Shown: piece by piece, positions 52,567-61,116 of the stretch
Position numbering within the stretch: the stretch's first letter is position 1
How the letters are laid out: the number at the start of each line of letters is the position of its first letter
Source: an uncultured Oscillospiraceae bacterium
GTDB taxonomy: Bacteria; Bacillota; Clostridia; Oscillospirales; Oscillospiraceae
Length of the DNA stretch: 64,000 bases
Direction of reading: 5' to 3'
Assembly (NCBI GenBank): GCA_944387075.1
Contig: CALXDO010000027.1
Location: 15,064-79,063, forward strand
Program-made: the position numbers and the translations under genes
Notes under the pieces: generated by a model
What the model saw: the letters and a program-made list of their open reading frames with translations, nothing else
Databases searched by the model: none
What the model was told of the DNA's origin: nothing

Positions 52567-52945
52567 GGCTCCATCCCCCTCCCACCGGCACCGTCATGAC
52601 TGTGGCCATCACCGCCAGAATGTGGTGGGCGGGCACCCCCAGCCAGATCTCATAGCCCCGGATGAGGGCCTCCAGGGCATCCATGGCCGCTGCGGTGCTG
52701 GATGCCTCGATGACCTGGCAAAACCGGTCGCTCCCCTCCTCCTTGTGCACTTCCAGGGTCACCTGTTGGCCCTGGGTGCGCTTTCCTCCGTGATACACCA
52801 TTTCTTCCCGCTGCATGTTTCGCTCCTCCTGATCTTGTGTGGAATGTCTCCACGCCAGGCCCTGGGCATAGCCCCAAAAATAGGCCTGTTCCCGCTGCCC
52901 CAGCTGGGGCAAGCGGACGCAGAGTCTTTGCATGATCTCTTCCAT
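52559..52945 (-). CDS. First gene of the early operon (hypothetical; possible internal start)
   Basis: GGAGGAG RBS at 52945 and a second AGGAGGAG before MQREE. Confidence 0.55.
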   Translation of the reverse strand: MEEIMQRLCVRLPQLGQREQAYFWGYAQGLAWRHSTQDQEERNMQREEMVYHGGKRTQGQQVTLEVHKEEGSDRFCQVIEASSTAAAMDALEALIRGYEIWLGVPAHHILAVMATVMTVPVGGGWSRE

Positions 52946-52960
52946 GGAACTCCTCCATTT

Positions 52961-53028
52961 ATTGATTTCTCGATTATAATATATCGGTTAATGATATTTG
53001 TCAAGTCCTTTTTATTGATTTGGTCAAT
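52961..53028. promoter_or_regulatory. Divergent switch region with leftward promoter and candidate operators
   Basis: Minus strand TTGACA-17-TATTAT (53004-52976); palindromes ATTGA-N5-TCAAT (53014-53028) and ATTGA-N4-TCGAT (52961-52974). Confidence 0.6.
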
Positions 53029-53109
53029 CCTTCTTCTTGTACTTCTTCCCAGACCGTGGTAAAATACGGTGGTATACCCCCGTGTTCGTTGGAGAAATGG
53101 AGGATTTGT

Positions 53110-53487
53110 ATGAGTGTTGGACAACGCATCCGCCAGGTGCGCAAAACCTATAAACTGACCCAGCAGGTGTTTGCCGATCAGCTGGGCTTGAAGCAAAACA
53201 CCATTGCCACCTATGAAATCGAGAAAACTACCCCCAGTGACCGAACCCTTCTGGACATCTGCCGGGTGTTCCACGTCAATGAGGACTGGCTGCGCACGGG
53301 AGAGGGCAAAATGATGCAATCCCCCACCCCCCAGGCGGAAGTGGAGCAGCTGACCGCTTTCCTTGGGGAAGTGGTGGGGGAGCACAGCTTCCGCTCCCGG
53401 CTCATCTCCGCCCTGTCCCGGCTCAGTGATGAGGACTGGGCGGTGCTGGAGCGTCTGAGCAAAGACCTGTCGAATTCCGAAGCATAA
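53110..53487 (+). CDS. XRE family (CI-like) repressor without peptidase domain
   Basis: RIRQVRK..LTQQVFA..LG...IATYE, VNEDWLRTGEG; 125 aa; divergent from phage operon. Confidence 0.88.
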   Translation: MSVGQRIRQVRKTYKLTQQVFADQLGLKQNTIATYEIEKTTPSDRTLLDICRVFHVNEDWLRTGEGKMMQSPTPQAEVEQLTAFLGEVVGEHSFRSRLISALSRLSDEDWAVLERLSKDLSNSEA

Positions 53488-53535
53488 AAAATCCCCGGGC
53501 ATCCAAGCAAAAAACTTGAATGCCCGGGGATTTTT
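53487..53535. terminator. Bidirectional terminator between repressor and small SOS gene
   Basis: aaaaatccccgggcat...atgcccggggattttt. Confidence 0.75.
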
Positions 53536-53541
53536 CCCCAT

Positions 53542-53649
53542 CTACCGGTTTAGGTAATGGGAAATAAACTGGAAAATGGCGCGTAGCTGGGCCTCATCTG
53601 CCCGGTCCAGCAAGTCTATGATCGCCGCTTTGATCCATTTACGTTCCAT
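53542..53649 (-). CDS. Small protein (35 aa), putative SOS-induced antirepressor
   Basis: Hand-translated MERKWIKAAIIDLLDRADEAQLRAIFQFISHYLNR; GGGAGG RBS. Confidence 0.6.
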   Translation of the reverse strand: MERKWIKAAIIDLLDRADEAQLRAIFQFISHYLNR

Positions 53650-53686
53650 TTTCCTTCCTCCCTATGGTGTGCGATGTCATGATTCC

Positions 53687-53715
53687 ATTATAATCGAACA
53701 TCTGTTCTGTTTCAA
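53687..53715 (-). promoter_or_regulatory. SigA promoter with LexA (SOS) box in the spacer
   Basis: Minus strand TTGAAA-17-TATAAT; GAAC-atct-GTTC at 53696-53707 matches the Bacillota LexA box GAAC-N4-GTTC. Confidence 0.8.
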
Positions 53716-53851
53716 GAGGGGTGCTGTCAAAACTTGTCTAAAATTGTCCGTTCTATGGGACTTTTGTATGATACCATAAAAAAATATCGAAGGACGTCGA
53801 AAAAAGTCGAACGGACGGGAAAAATTTCCCGTCCGTTCAATATTTCTCAAA

Positions 53852-55192
53852 TTATCCCAGTGTTCTGGACCAATCCATGCGCCGATAGTACCACAGGAAG
53901 GTCAGGGAACTGAGGGTCCAGGTGAAGGGGTAGACCCAGTACACCATCTGAATGTCCCCGGTCAGGGGCACCGCAATGGCCAGGAAGGTGACCCGGATGA
54001 TGCACCAGCACACCATCATGACAAACATGGGCACCATGGCCTTGCCCGCACCTCTCAGAATGGAGGCCATGGCATGGGAAAAGGCCAGCAGGAAATAAAA
54101 CAGGCCCGAAGTTCTGGACTTCTCCACCCCGTAGAGGATCACGTCGGGGGAGGTATCAAAAGCGGCAATGAGCTGAGGGGCAAAGACAAACACCACCACG
54201 CCAATGAGCTCAGCCAGAATCACAGAGGTGATGGTGCCAAACCGTGCGCCCTTTTTGGCCCGGTCAATCTGATCCGCTCCCAAGTTCTGGCCCACAAAGG
54301 TGGTCATGGCCATGGTAAAGCTGGTGATGGGAAGGAAGCCAAAGCCCTCAATTTTGGAATAGGCCCCCACACCGGCCATGGCGGCGTCTCCAAAGTGGTT
54401 GATGTTGGACTGCACCACCACGTTGGCGATGGCAATGATGGAATTTTGCACGCCGGAAGGCAGACCGAACCGCACCACGCGCTTGAGCATATTCCAGTGG
54501 AAGCGGATACGCCGCAGCTCCACCCGGTAGCTCTCCTTCACCCGCAGCAGCCGCCACAGGCACATGGCGGCGCTGATGTACTGGGCAATGATGGTGGCCA
54601 GGGCCGCTCCATCCACCCCCATATCCAGCCCGGCGATGAAGAACAAGTCCAGCACCACATTGACCACGGAAGAGACGATGAGGTAGTACAGGGGGTGGCG
54701 GCTGTCCCCCACCGCCTGCATGATGCCCACGCAGATGTTGTACATCACCGAGCCCAGAGAACCCATGAAGTAAATGCTCAGATACAGCTGGGAGTTGAGC
54801 ATCACGTTATCCGGGGTATCCATCCACCGCAAAATCTGGGGGGACAGGCCCACACCCACCGCCGTCATCACCACACCGGCCACCAGACCAAAAGCCACCG
54901 TGGTGTGCACAGCCATGTGCAGCTCCTGCTCCTTCTTTCCCCCATAGTATCGGGCGATAACCACACCGGCGCCGATGGAGATGCCGCTTAAAAAGCCGAT
55001 AAGCATAAAAATGAGGCTGCCGGTGGAACTCACCGCAGCCAGGGCATTTTTCCCAAGAAAATTGCCCACAATCAGGGAGTCGGCGGTGTTATACAGCTGT
55101 TGGAATAAATTTCCCAGCAAAATAGGGAGGGCAAAGTAGGTGATTCGCTTCCAAATGGCCCCTTGGGTCATGGGTTCTACGGTGTGTGCCAT
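53852..55192 (-). CDS. MATE family efflux transporter
   Basis: PILLGNLFQQLYNTADSLIVG, GDSRHPL, GAALATIIAQ, FVGQNLGA. Confidence 0.95.
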   Translation of the reverse strand: MAHTVEPMTQGAIWKRITYFALPILLGNLFQQLYNTADSLIVGNFLGKNALAAVSSTGSLIFMLIGFLSGISIGAGVVIARYYGGKKEQELHMAVHTTVAFGLVAGVVMTAVGVGLSPQILRWMDTPDNVMLNSQLYLSIYFMGSLGSVMYNICVGIMQAVGDSRHPLYYLIVSSVVNVVLDLFFIAGLDMGVDGAALATIIAQYISAAMCLWRLLRVKESYRVELRRIRFHWNMLKRVVRFGLPSGVQNSIIAIANVVVQSNINHFGDAAMAGVGAYSKIEGFGFLPITSFTMAMTTFVGQNLGADQIDRAKKGARFGTITSVILAELIGVVVFVFAPQLIAAFDTSPDVILYGVEKSRTSGLFYFLLAFSHAMASILRGAGKAMVPMFVMMVCWCIIRVTFLAIAVPLTGDIQMVYWVYPFTWTLSSLTFLWYYRRMDWSRTLG

Positions 55193-55284
55193 TTCCATTT
55201 CCTTTCTTTCTCTTGTCTCGTGTCCATTCAGTATATACCCCCGCTCCCCCCTTGGCAAGACATGGATGGGAAAACCTTTGCATT

Positions 55285-55300
55285 TGTTGGAATACCAACA
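55285..55300. promoter_or_regulatory. Palindromic Crp/Fnr-type binding site candidate
   Basis: TGTTGG-aata-CCAACA upstream of the ferredoxin-domain gene. Confidence 0.45.
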
Positions 55301-55361
55301 GACAAACCCATAAATCGATGATATACTGTCATCAAAATGACCACATGAGGAGGACATACCC

Positions 55362-56051
55362 ATGATTCGACGCATCATTGAAATTGACCAGGACAAGTGC
55401 AACGGCTGCGGATCCTGTGCGAACGCCTGCCACGAGGGAGCCATTGCCATGGTAAACGGCAAGGCGCAGCTGATTCGGGACGACTACTGTGACGGGCTGG
55501 GGGACTGCCTGCCCACCTGCCCCACCGGGGCCATCACCTTCGTGGAACGGGAGGCCGCCCCCTATGACGAGGCCGCAGTAAAGGCCAATCAGACCGCCAA
55601 AGCCGCCCCTTCCCCCTGCGCCTGCCCGGGCAGCATGTCCCGGGCCCTCAACCCCCAGGCAGAGTCCGCCGCCCCCACCCCTTCCGCCTCTCAGCTGCGC
55701 CAGTGGCCGGTGCAGATCAAGCTGGCCCCCGTCCAGGCCCCCTATTTCCAGGGTGCCCATCTGCTCATTGCCGCAGATTGCACCGCCTATGCCTACGCCA
55801 ATTTCCACCAGGATTTCATCCGGGGCAAGGTGACCCTCATCGGCTGCCCCAAGCTGGACATGGTGGACTACACGGAAAAGCTCACCCACATTCTCCGGGA
55901 CAATGACATCACCGCCCTCACCGTGGTGCGCATGGAGGTGCCCTGCTGCGGCGGCATCCAGCACGCCGCCACCCAGGCCCTGAAAGACAGCGGCAAGTTC
56001 ATTCCCTGGCAGGTGGTGACCATCTCCACCGACGGGCAGATTTTGGACTGA
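55362..56051 (+). CDS. 4Fe-4S ferredoxin-domain protein
   Basis: CNGCGSCANACHE, CDGLGDCLPTCP, QWPVQ, AADC, GCPKLD, MEVPCC. Confidence 0.88.
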   Translation: MIRRIIEIDQDKCNGCGSCANACHEGAIAMVNGKAQLIRDDYCDGLGDCLPTCPTGAITFVEREAAPYDEAAVKANQTAKAAPSPCACPGSMSRALNPQAESAAPTPSASQLRQWPVQIKLAPVQAPYFQGAHLLIAADCTAYAYANFHQDFIRGKVTLIGCPKLDMVDYTEKLTHILRDNDITALTVVRMEVPCCGGIQHAATQALKDSGKFIPWQVVTISTDGQILD

Positions 56052-56232
56052 TGAGGACTTGACTTCTTCCACCCTTTCCTGTACCATACACAATGTGGAT
56101 GCTGGAAGCTCCACTTGGTTTCTGAAGAAGCCCCATTCCTGCAATACGATCATATTCCGTTTTTCAGAAGAAAAATGGGTTGTCAGAAGGCATACTTTCG
56201 GAGTATGCCTTCTTTTTATGAAAGGAATCACC

Positions 56233-57000
56233 ATGACACTGGAAGAATTTTTTTCACAGCACCCCAAGGCGGCCCTGGCCTTCTCCGGGGGGGCGGACTC
56301 GGCCTATCTGTTGTGGGCCGGGCGCACCTGGGGGGAGGACGTGCGGCCCTACTATGTCTCCACCCCCTTCCAGCCCGCCTGGGAGCGGCGGGATGCCCAC
56401 CGTCTGGCCCAAGAGCTGGGGGTGCCTCTGACGGTGGTGGAGCTGGACGTGCTGGCCTGCCCCCAGGTGACCGCCAACCCGGCAGACCGGTGCTATCACT
56501 GCAAACGGGCCCTTTTTTCCGCTCTGTGGCAACAGGTCCGGGCCGACGGCTTCTCCCTGCTCCTGGACGGCACCAACGCCTCAGACGACGCCGGTGACCG
56601 CCCGGGCATGAAAGCCCTGGCCGAGCTGGAGGTGCGCTCCCCTCTGCGGGAGTGCAGCATCACCAAGGGGCAGCTGCGCCAGCTCAGCCGCCAGGCGGGG
56701 CTGTTCACCTGGGACAAACCCGCCTACGCCTGTCTGGCCACCCGCATTCCCACCGGCACCCCCGTCACCGCGGAGGACTTAGCCCGGGTGGAGGCGGGGG
56801 AAGATGCCCTGTTCGCCCTGGGCTTTACCAACTTCCGCCTTCGTCTGCGGGGGGATGCCGGGCTGCTCCAGCTGCCCGAGAGCCAGATGACCCGGGCCAT
56901 CACCCACCGGCAAGAGCTGCTGGATGCCCTCACCCCCCACATTTCCCACATCAGCCTGGACTTGCAGCCCCGGCCCGAGGAGGAGTTCCATGGACAATAA
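56233..57000 (+). CDS. larE: ATP-dependent sulfur transferase LarE
   Basis: AFSGGADS PP-loop, RCYHCK, DGTNASD..DRPG, KPAYACLATRIP. Confidence 0.9.
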   Translation: MTLEEFFSQHPKAALAFSGGADSAYLLWAGRTWGEDVRPYYVSTPFQPAWERRDAHRLAQELGVPLTVVELDVLACPQVTANPADRCYHCKRALFSALWQQVRADGFSLLLDGTNASDDAGDRPGMKALAELEVRSPLRECSITKGQLRQLSRQAGLFTWDKPAYACLATRIPTGTPVTAEDLARVEAGEDALFALGFTNFRLRLRGDAGLLQLPESQMTRAITHRQELLDALTPHISHISLDLQPRPEEEFHGQ

Positions 57001-57751
57001 ACAGGATGTGCTCTCCCTGCTGCGCCAGGTGGCGGACGGCTCCGTCACTCCGGAGCAGGCGGCTCTGGAGTTCAAACGCTCCCCCTTTGAAAATCTGGGC
57101 TACGCCCGGGTGGACACGCACCGCGCTGTGCGCCAAGGTGCTTTGGAGGTCATCTACGGGGCAGGAAAAACCGTCCCGCAAATGGTAGGCATTGCCCAAA
57201 CCATGATGGAACACGGCAGCCACAACATTCTGATTACCCGGCTGGAGGAGGAGAAAGCCGCCCAGGTGGCCCAGCAAGTGCCTCTGAACTATTACCCGGT
57301 TCCCCGCATCGGGGTGGTAAACCACCAGAGCCGACCTTTGGTGGGCTCCATTGTGGTGGCCACCGGGGGCACCAGCGACATGCCGGTGGCGGAAGAAGCC
57401 GCTCTCACCGCCGAGGTGCTGGGCAACCGAGTCACCCGCCTGTACGATGTAGGGGTGGCGGGACTCCACCGCCTGCTCTCCTCTCTGGATGTGCTGATGC
57501 AGGCCCGGGTAGTCATCACGGTGGCCGGCATGGAAGGGGCCTTGGCCTCGGTGGTGGGCGGTCTGGTGGACTGTCCGGTCATCGCCGTGCCCACCAGTGT
57601 GGGGTATGGGGCCAGCTTTGGCGGTCTGGCCGCTCTGCTGTCCATGCTCAACTCCTGCGCCTCCGGGTGCAGTGTGGTCAACATCGACAACGGCTTTGGC
57701 GCGGGATTCCTGGCTAGCCGCATCAATCAAATGGAGGGTCTGCCGCAATGA
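56990..57751 (+). CDS. larB: Nickel pincer cofactor biosynthesis protein LarB
   Basis: EVIYGAGKT, GGTSDMPVAEEA, DVGVAGLHRL, AGMEGAL, PTSVGYG, VNIDNGFGA. Confidence 0.93.
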   Translation: MDNKQDVLSLLRQVADGSVTPEQAALEFKRSPFENLGYARVDTHRAVRQGALEVIYGAGKTVPQMVGIAQTMMEHGSHNILITRLEEEKAAQVAQQVPLNYYPVPRIGVVNHQSRPLVGSIVVATGGTSDMPVAEEAALTAEVLGNRVTRLYDVGVAGLHRLLSSLDVLMQARVVITVAGMEGALASVVGGLVDCPVIAVPTSVGYGASFGGLAALLSMLNSCASGCSVVNIDNGFGAGFLASRINQMEGLPQ

Positions 57752-58980
57752 ACACCTTATATTTACAATGTAACATGGGAGCCGCCGGAGACATGCTCAC
57801 CGCCGCCCTCTACGAACTGCTCCCCAACCAGGCGGAGTATCTCCACACCCTCAACCACATGGGGCTCCCCGGTGTGGAGTTCCACGCCCTTCCCGCCCAG
57901 TCCTGCGGCATCCAGGGCACCCACATGGATGTGGTGGTGCACGGAGAGCGGGAGGAGAGTGTGGACCACCATCCCCACGACCACGACCATCCCCATGACC
58001 ACGAACACCATCACCACCACGAACATGAGCACGAACATGGCCATGCGCATCACCACCACACCAGCCTCCACGACGTAGAGCACCTCATCTCCCACCTGAA
58101 TCTCCCCGCCCCGGTGCTGGAGCAGGCCCGGCAGGTGTACCACCGCCTGGCACAAGCCGAGTCCAAGGCCCATGGACAGCCGGTGGACTTGGTGCACTTC
58201 CACGAGGTGGGGGCGCTGGACGCCGTGGCGGATGTGGTGGCGGCCTGCTATGCCCTCCATCTGCTCTCCCCCGACCAAGTTGTAGTCTCCCCTGTCCATG
58301 TGGGCAGCGGTATGGTGCGCTGCGCCCATGGGCTGGTCCCTGTCCCCGCCCCCGCCACCGCCCACTTGCTGGAAGGGGTTCCCTGCTACGGTGGGGACAT
58401 TCATGGGGAGCTGTGTACTCCCACCGGAGCGGCACTGCTCTCCACCTTTGCCACCCGTTTCGGTGCCATGCCCCCCATGGTGCTGGAGAAAACCGGGTAC
58501 GGCATGGGGAAAAAGGAATTCCCCGCCGCCAACTGTGTGCGGGCCCTGTGGGGCCACACCCAAGAGAGCGCCGGGGAAATTTTGGAACTGGTGTGCAATT
58601 TGGATGACATGACCCCCGAAGCCCTGTCCTTTGCCTGCCAACGGCTGCTGGAAGAGGGGGCTCTGGATATCTACACCCTCCCCGGCTGCATGAAAAAGGG
58701 CCGTCCGGGGTGGCAGCTGGTGGCACTGTGTGACCGGGAACACAAAGAGCACCTGATCCGTCAGGTCTTTGCCCAGACCTCCACCACGGGGTTGCGGGTG
58801 CGCACCTGTGAAAAGCATATGCTCACCTGTACCTTCACCACCCGGGACACCCCTTACGGCCCGGTGCGGATGAAGAAGGCCCAGGGCTACGGGGTAACCC
58901 GCTCCAAGCCGGAGTATGAGGACATGGCCCGCATCGCCCGGGAACATAAGATTACCTTGAAACAGATTTTCCACAAGTGA
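57748..58980 (+). CDS. larC: Nickel insertion protein LarC
   Basis: GAAGDM, His-rich tract, VHFHEVGALD, PVPAPAT, NLDD, MKKGRPG, KPEYED; single uninterrupted ORF. Confidence 0.93.
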   Translation: MNTLYLQCNMGAAGDMLTAALYELLPNQAEYLHTLNHMGLPGVEFHALPAQSCGIQGTHMDVVVHGEREESVDHHPHDHDHPHDHEHHHHHEHEHEHGHAHHHHTSLHDVEHLISHLNLPAPVLEQARQVYHRLAQAESKAHGQPVDLVHFHEVGALDAVADVVAACYALHLLSPDQVVVSPVHVGSGMVRCAHGLVPVPAPATAHLLEGVPCYGGDIHGELCTPTGAALLSTFATRFGAMPPMVLEKTGYGMGKKEFPAANCVRALWGHTQESAGEILELVCNLDDMTPEALSFACQRLLEEGALDIYTLPGCMKKGRPGWQLVALCDREHKEHLIRQVFAQTSTTGLRVRTCEKHMLTCTFTTRDTPYGPVRMKKAQGYGVTRSKPEYEDMARIAREHKITLKQIFHK

Positions 58981-59053
58981 CGTCCCCTTTTGTGGAAAAA
59001 AGATCACGGAGGAAGCAGCCGGTTTCGACTGCTTCCTCCGTGTTTCTTTCCGC

Positions 59054-59809
59054 TTATTGCAATCCCATGATAAAGGCCAACAATGCCAAGATGGGGAAAA
59101 CCGTCCAAGTGGCGTATCGCCTCACCATCTCCCAATCCGTGGGCTCTGCGTCCTCCACATTCCGAATGTAAACGGACAGCTGAATCCGAAACAGTTCATT
59201 GGCAAACAGCATGGACACCACCGTCACCACGCAGCAGAACATGCCGGCCGCCCAGCCCCACCAGCCCCCTGGATGCGTCAGCTTGGGGCCAGCCACCAAA
59301 TTCACGATGGTGGAGACGGAAGGTCCCATGGGATCTATCACGTCCCCGGTTCCACCTACCGAAATGCCAATGTCTATCCCCACCGCACTCTCGATGCTGC
59401 CATCCTCGTTATAAATCCAGCGATTTTCTCCCTGTTCCACCACACCGCCGCGGAATATTACCTCATCCCCTCGCCGAAGCTCAATGCCTGTCATATGCCC
59501 AGAGGTATCCACCCCCTTGGGGGCGGCGGTGGGGTCCTCACGGACGGCGTAGGGGCCGTAGGTTTCCTTACCGTATTGGAATACCACCGTCTTGTCTGGG
59601 GTCACGGTAAAACGGGACGGAATTCCATAGACTTTCCCGGTGTATACCGTGTTGCCCTCCTCCTGCCCCTGCACCAGTACGGTATCTTTGTATGCAAAAC
59701 CCGTGCGAGAGGTGACGACCGGGTAGAGAACGGTAAATACCAGCACCATGGCCGCCATGACCACCAAAACACCCTTTTGATAGCGATTCAAAGCTCTGAT
59801 CCGCTCCAT
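59054..59809 (-). CDS. Hypothetical membrane protein
   Basis: N-terminal TM helix and two C-terminal TM helices; AAGGTG RBS. Confidence 0.65.
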   Translation of the reverse strand: MERIRALNRYQKGVLVVMAAMVLVFTVLYPVVTSRTGFAYKDTVLVQGQEEGNTVYTGKVYGIPSRFTVTPDKTVVFQYGKETYGPYAVREDPTAAPKGVDTSGHMTGIELRRGDEVIFRGGVVEQGENRWIYNEDGSIESAVGIDIGISVGGTGDVIDPMGPSVSTIVNLVAGPKLTHPGGWWGWAAGMFCCVVTVVSMLFANELFRIQLSVYIRNVEDAEPTDWEMVRRYATWTVFPILALLAFIMGLQ

Positions 59810-60059
59810 ATCCACACCCACCTTTGCGTGTATTTCCTATCACCACCATTGTATCACACCTTCTCCCCCACCGCCATCTATTCCATGTAAAAAAGAGAGC
59901 AGCGAAACTTTCGTCTCGTTGCTCTCCTCTGCGACTGCCATTTGCCCAACATATTCCGGCAAATGGCAGTCACCCATGTAAGGATTTTTTCCGTGAGCGT
60001 GTTTGAACTTTCCCCTCACACCGGGTAGTTTCCTGGACAGCTTGCCCGGTTTCCCTGGC

Positions 60060-60782
60060 TCAGCGCATGCGCAGCAGCCGTTCGATGCGCTTGTAGAGCA
60101 GGGTGGTAAGCAGAGACACCACCACACCCTTGATGATGTTGAAGGGCATCACCGCAAAGAGCACCAGGGTGGATACACTGTTAATCATACCGTTGACGGC
60201 AGTGCCCATGGCCACCAGCTGATCCAGGGGCAGACCGTAGAGGGCAGAGAAAGCGGGAAGCAGGTAGACGGCGTTGAAAAGGCTGCCAAAAATGCTCATC
60301 ACCACGGTTCCGGTGACCATACCAATCAGCGCGCCCTTCTTGGTCTTGAAACGGTGGTAGATCATCGTTGCCGGGAGCAGGAAGGAGCAGCCCACCACAA
60401 AGTTGGCAAAATCGCCCACAAAGGCGGTGGAGGTGCCCTTGAGCAGCAGCTTGAGAATGACCTTCACCAACTCGCACACCACGCCCGCCACAGGGCCCAG
60501 GGAGAAGGAGCAGATGAGCACCGGCACTTCGCTGAGGTCAATTTCATAGAAGTTGGGGGCAAAGGGCAGGGGAAACTCAAAGTACATCAGCAACGCTGCC
60601 ATAGCGGCAAAGATGCCGATGTAGGCGGCCCGCCGGGCCCCACGCTCCCGGGGCAGCTTCAACCACAGACGTTCCACGGCCATGGCCACCACAAACAAAG
60701 CCACAAACACCGCCAGACACACCAGCACATATCCCACGTTTTCCTGCACCGCTTGACCCAGTTTGGTCAGATTGTTCCACAT
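60060..60782 (-). CDS. ribU: ECF transporter S component, riboflavin (RibU-like)
   Basis: IDLSEVP, GPVAG, VGDFANF, PFNIIKG; downstream of an FMN riboswitch. Confidence 0.85.
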   Translation of the reverse strand: MWNNLTKLGQAVQENVGYVLVCLAVFVALFVVAMAVERLWLKLPRERGARRAAYIGIFAAMAALLMYFEFPLPFAPNFYEIDLSEVPVLICSFSLGPVAGVVCELVKVILKLLLKGTSTAFVGDFANFVVGCSFLLPATMIYHRFKTKKGALIGMVTGTVVMSIFGSLFNAVYLLPAFSALYGLPLDQLVAMGTAVNGMINSVSTLVLFAVMPFNIIKGVVVSLLTTLLYKRIERLLRMR

Positions 60783-60863
60783 AAATAAAAACCTCCAAAT
60801 GATATTGAGACGCCCAAACGCCAATGCCGTTCAGGCGCAACAACCCACTTGGAGCTCTTGCAC

Positions 60864-60985
60864 ATCCTCTTCCATCCGGACTATTACCGTTGGTCCCGGA
60901 GTTTCACCGAGTCAGCCGCAGGCATCACCTGCGGGTCGCGGACTGTACCGCCAGTGGGGAATTTCACCCCGCCCTGAAGACATGG
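60864..60985 (-). ncRNA. FMN riboswitch
   Basis: Minus strand TCTTCAGGGCGGGGTGAAATTCCCCACTGGCGGT...CGGTGAAACTCCGGGACCAACGGTAATAGTCCGGATGGAAGAG. Confidence 0.96.
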
Positions 60986-61116
60986 TATTCACTTGTCTCT
61001 CCACGCCATTATAGCACGCTGCGCAAAAAATGCAAGAAGTTTTTCCCTCCGCTGCATTGACGCTCCCGTCCCTTCTCGGGTAAAATGGAGCAAATGCGCC
61101 CACGGGAGGAACTGTC

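Larger units (their letters stand above)
35788..53715 (-). mobile_element. Phage-derived short-tail virion gene cluster with no integrase or replication genes (defective prophage or GTA-like)
   Basis: Co-oriented terS, terL, portal, scaffold, capsid, lysis and tail genes with divergent XRE repressor; bounded by host GH13 and MATE genes. Confidence 0.85.

Noticed and set aside
35788-53715. Tailocin or contractile injection system
   Set aside because: No sheath, tube, baseplate or tape measure genes, while head, portal and terminase genes are retained
35700-53850. Intact temperate prophage with att sites
   Set aside because: No integrase, no replication genes and no flanking direct repeat found by eye; a short att core could have been missed
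57960-58060. CAC/CAT-rich low-complexity tract as a contingency repeat or larC frameshift site
   Set aside because: It encodes the normal His-rich nickel-binding segment of LarC and the ORF is uninterrupted
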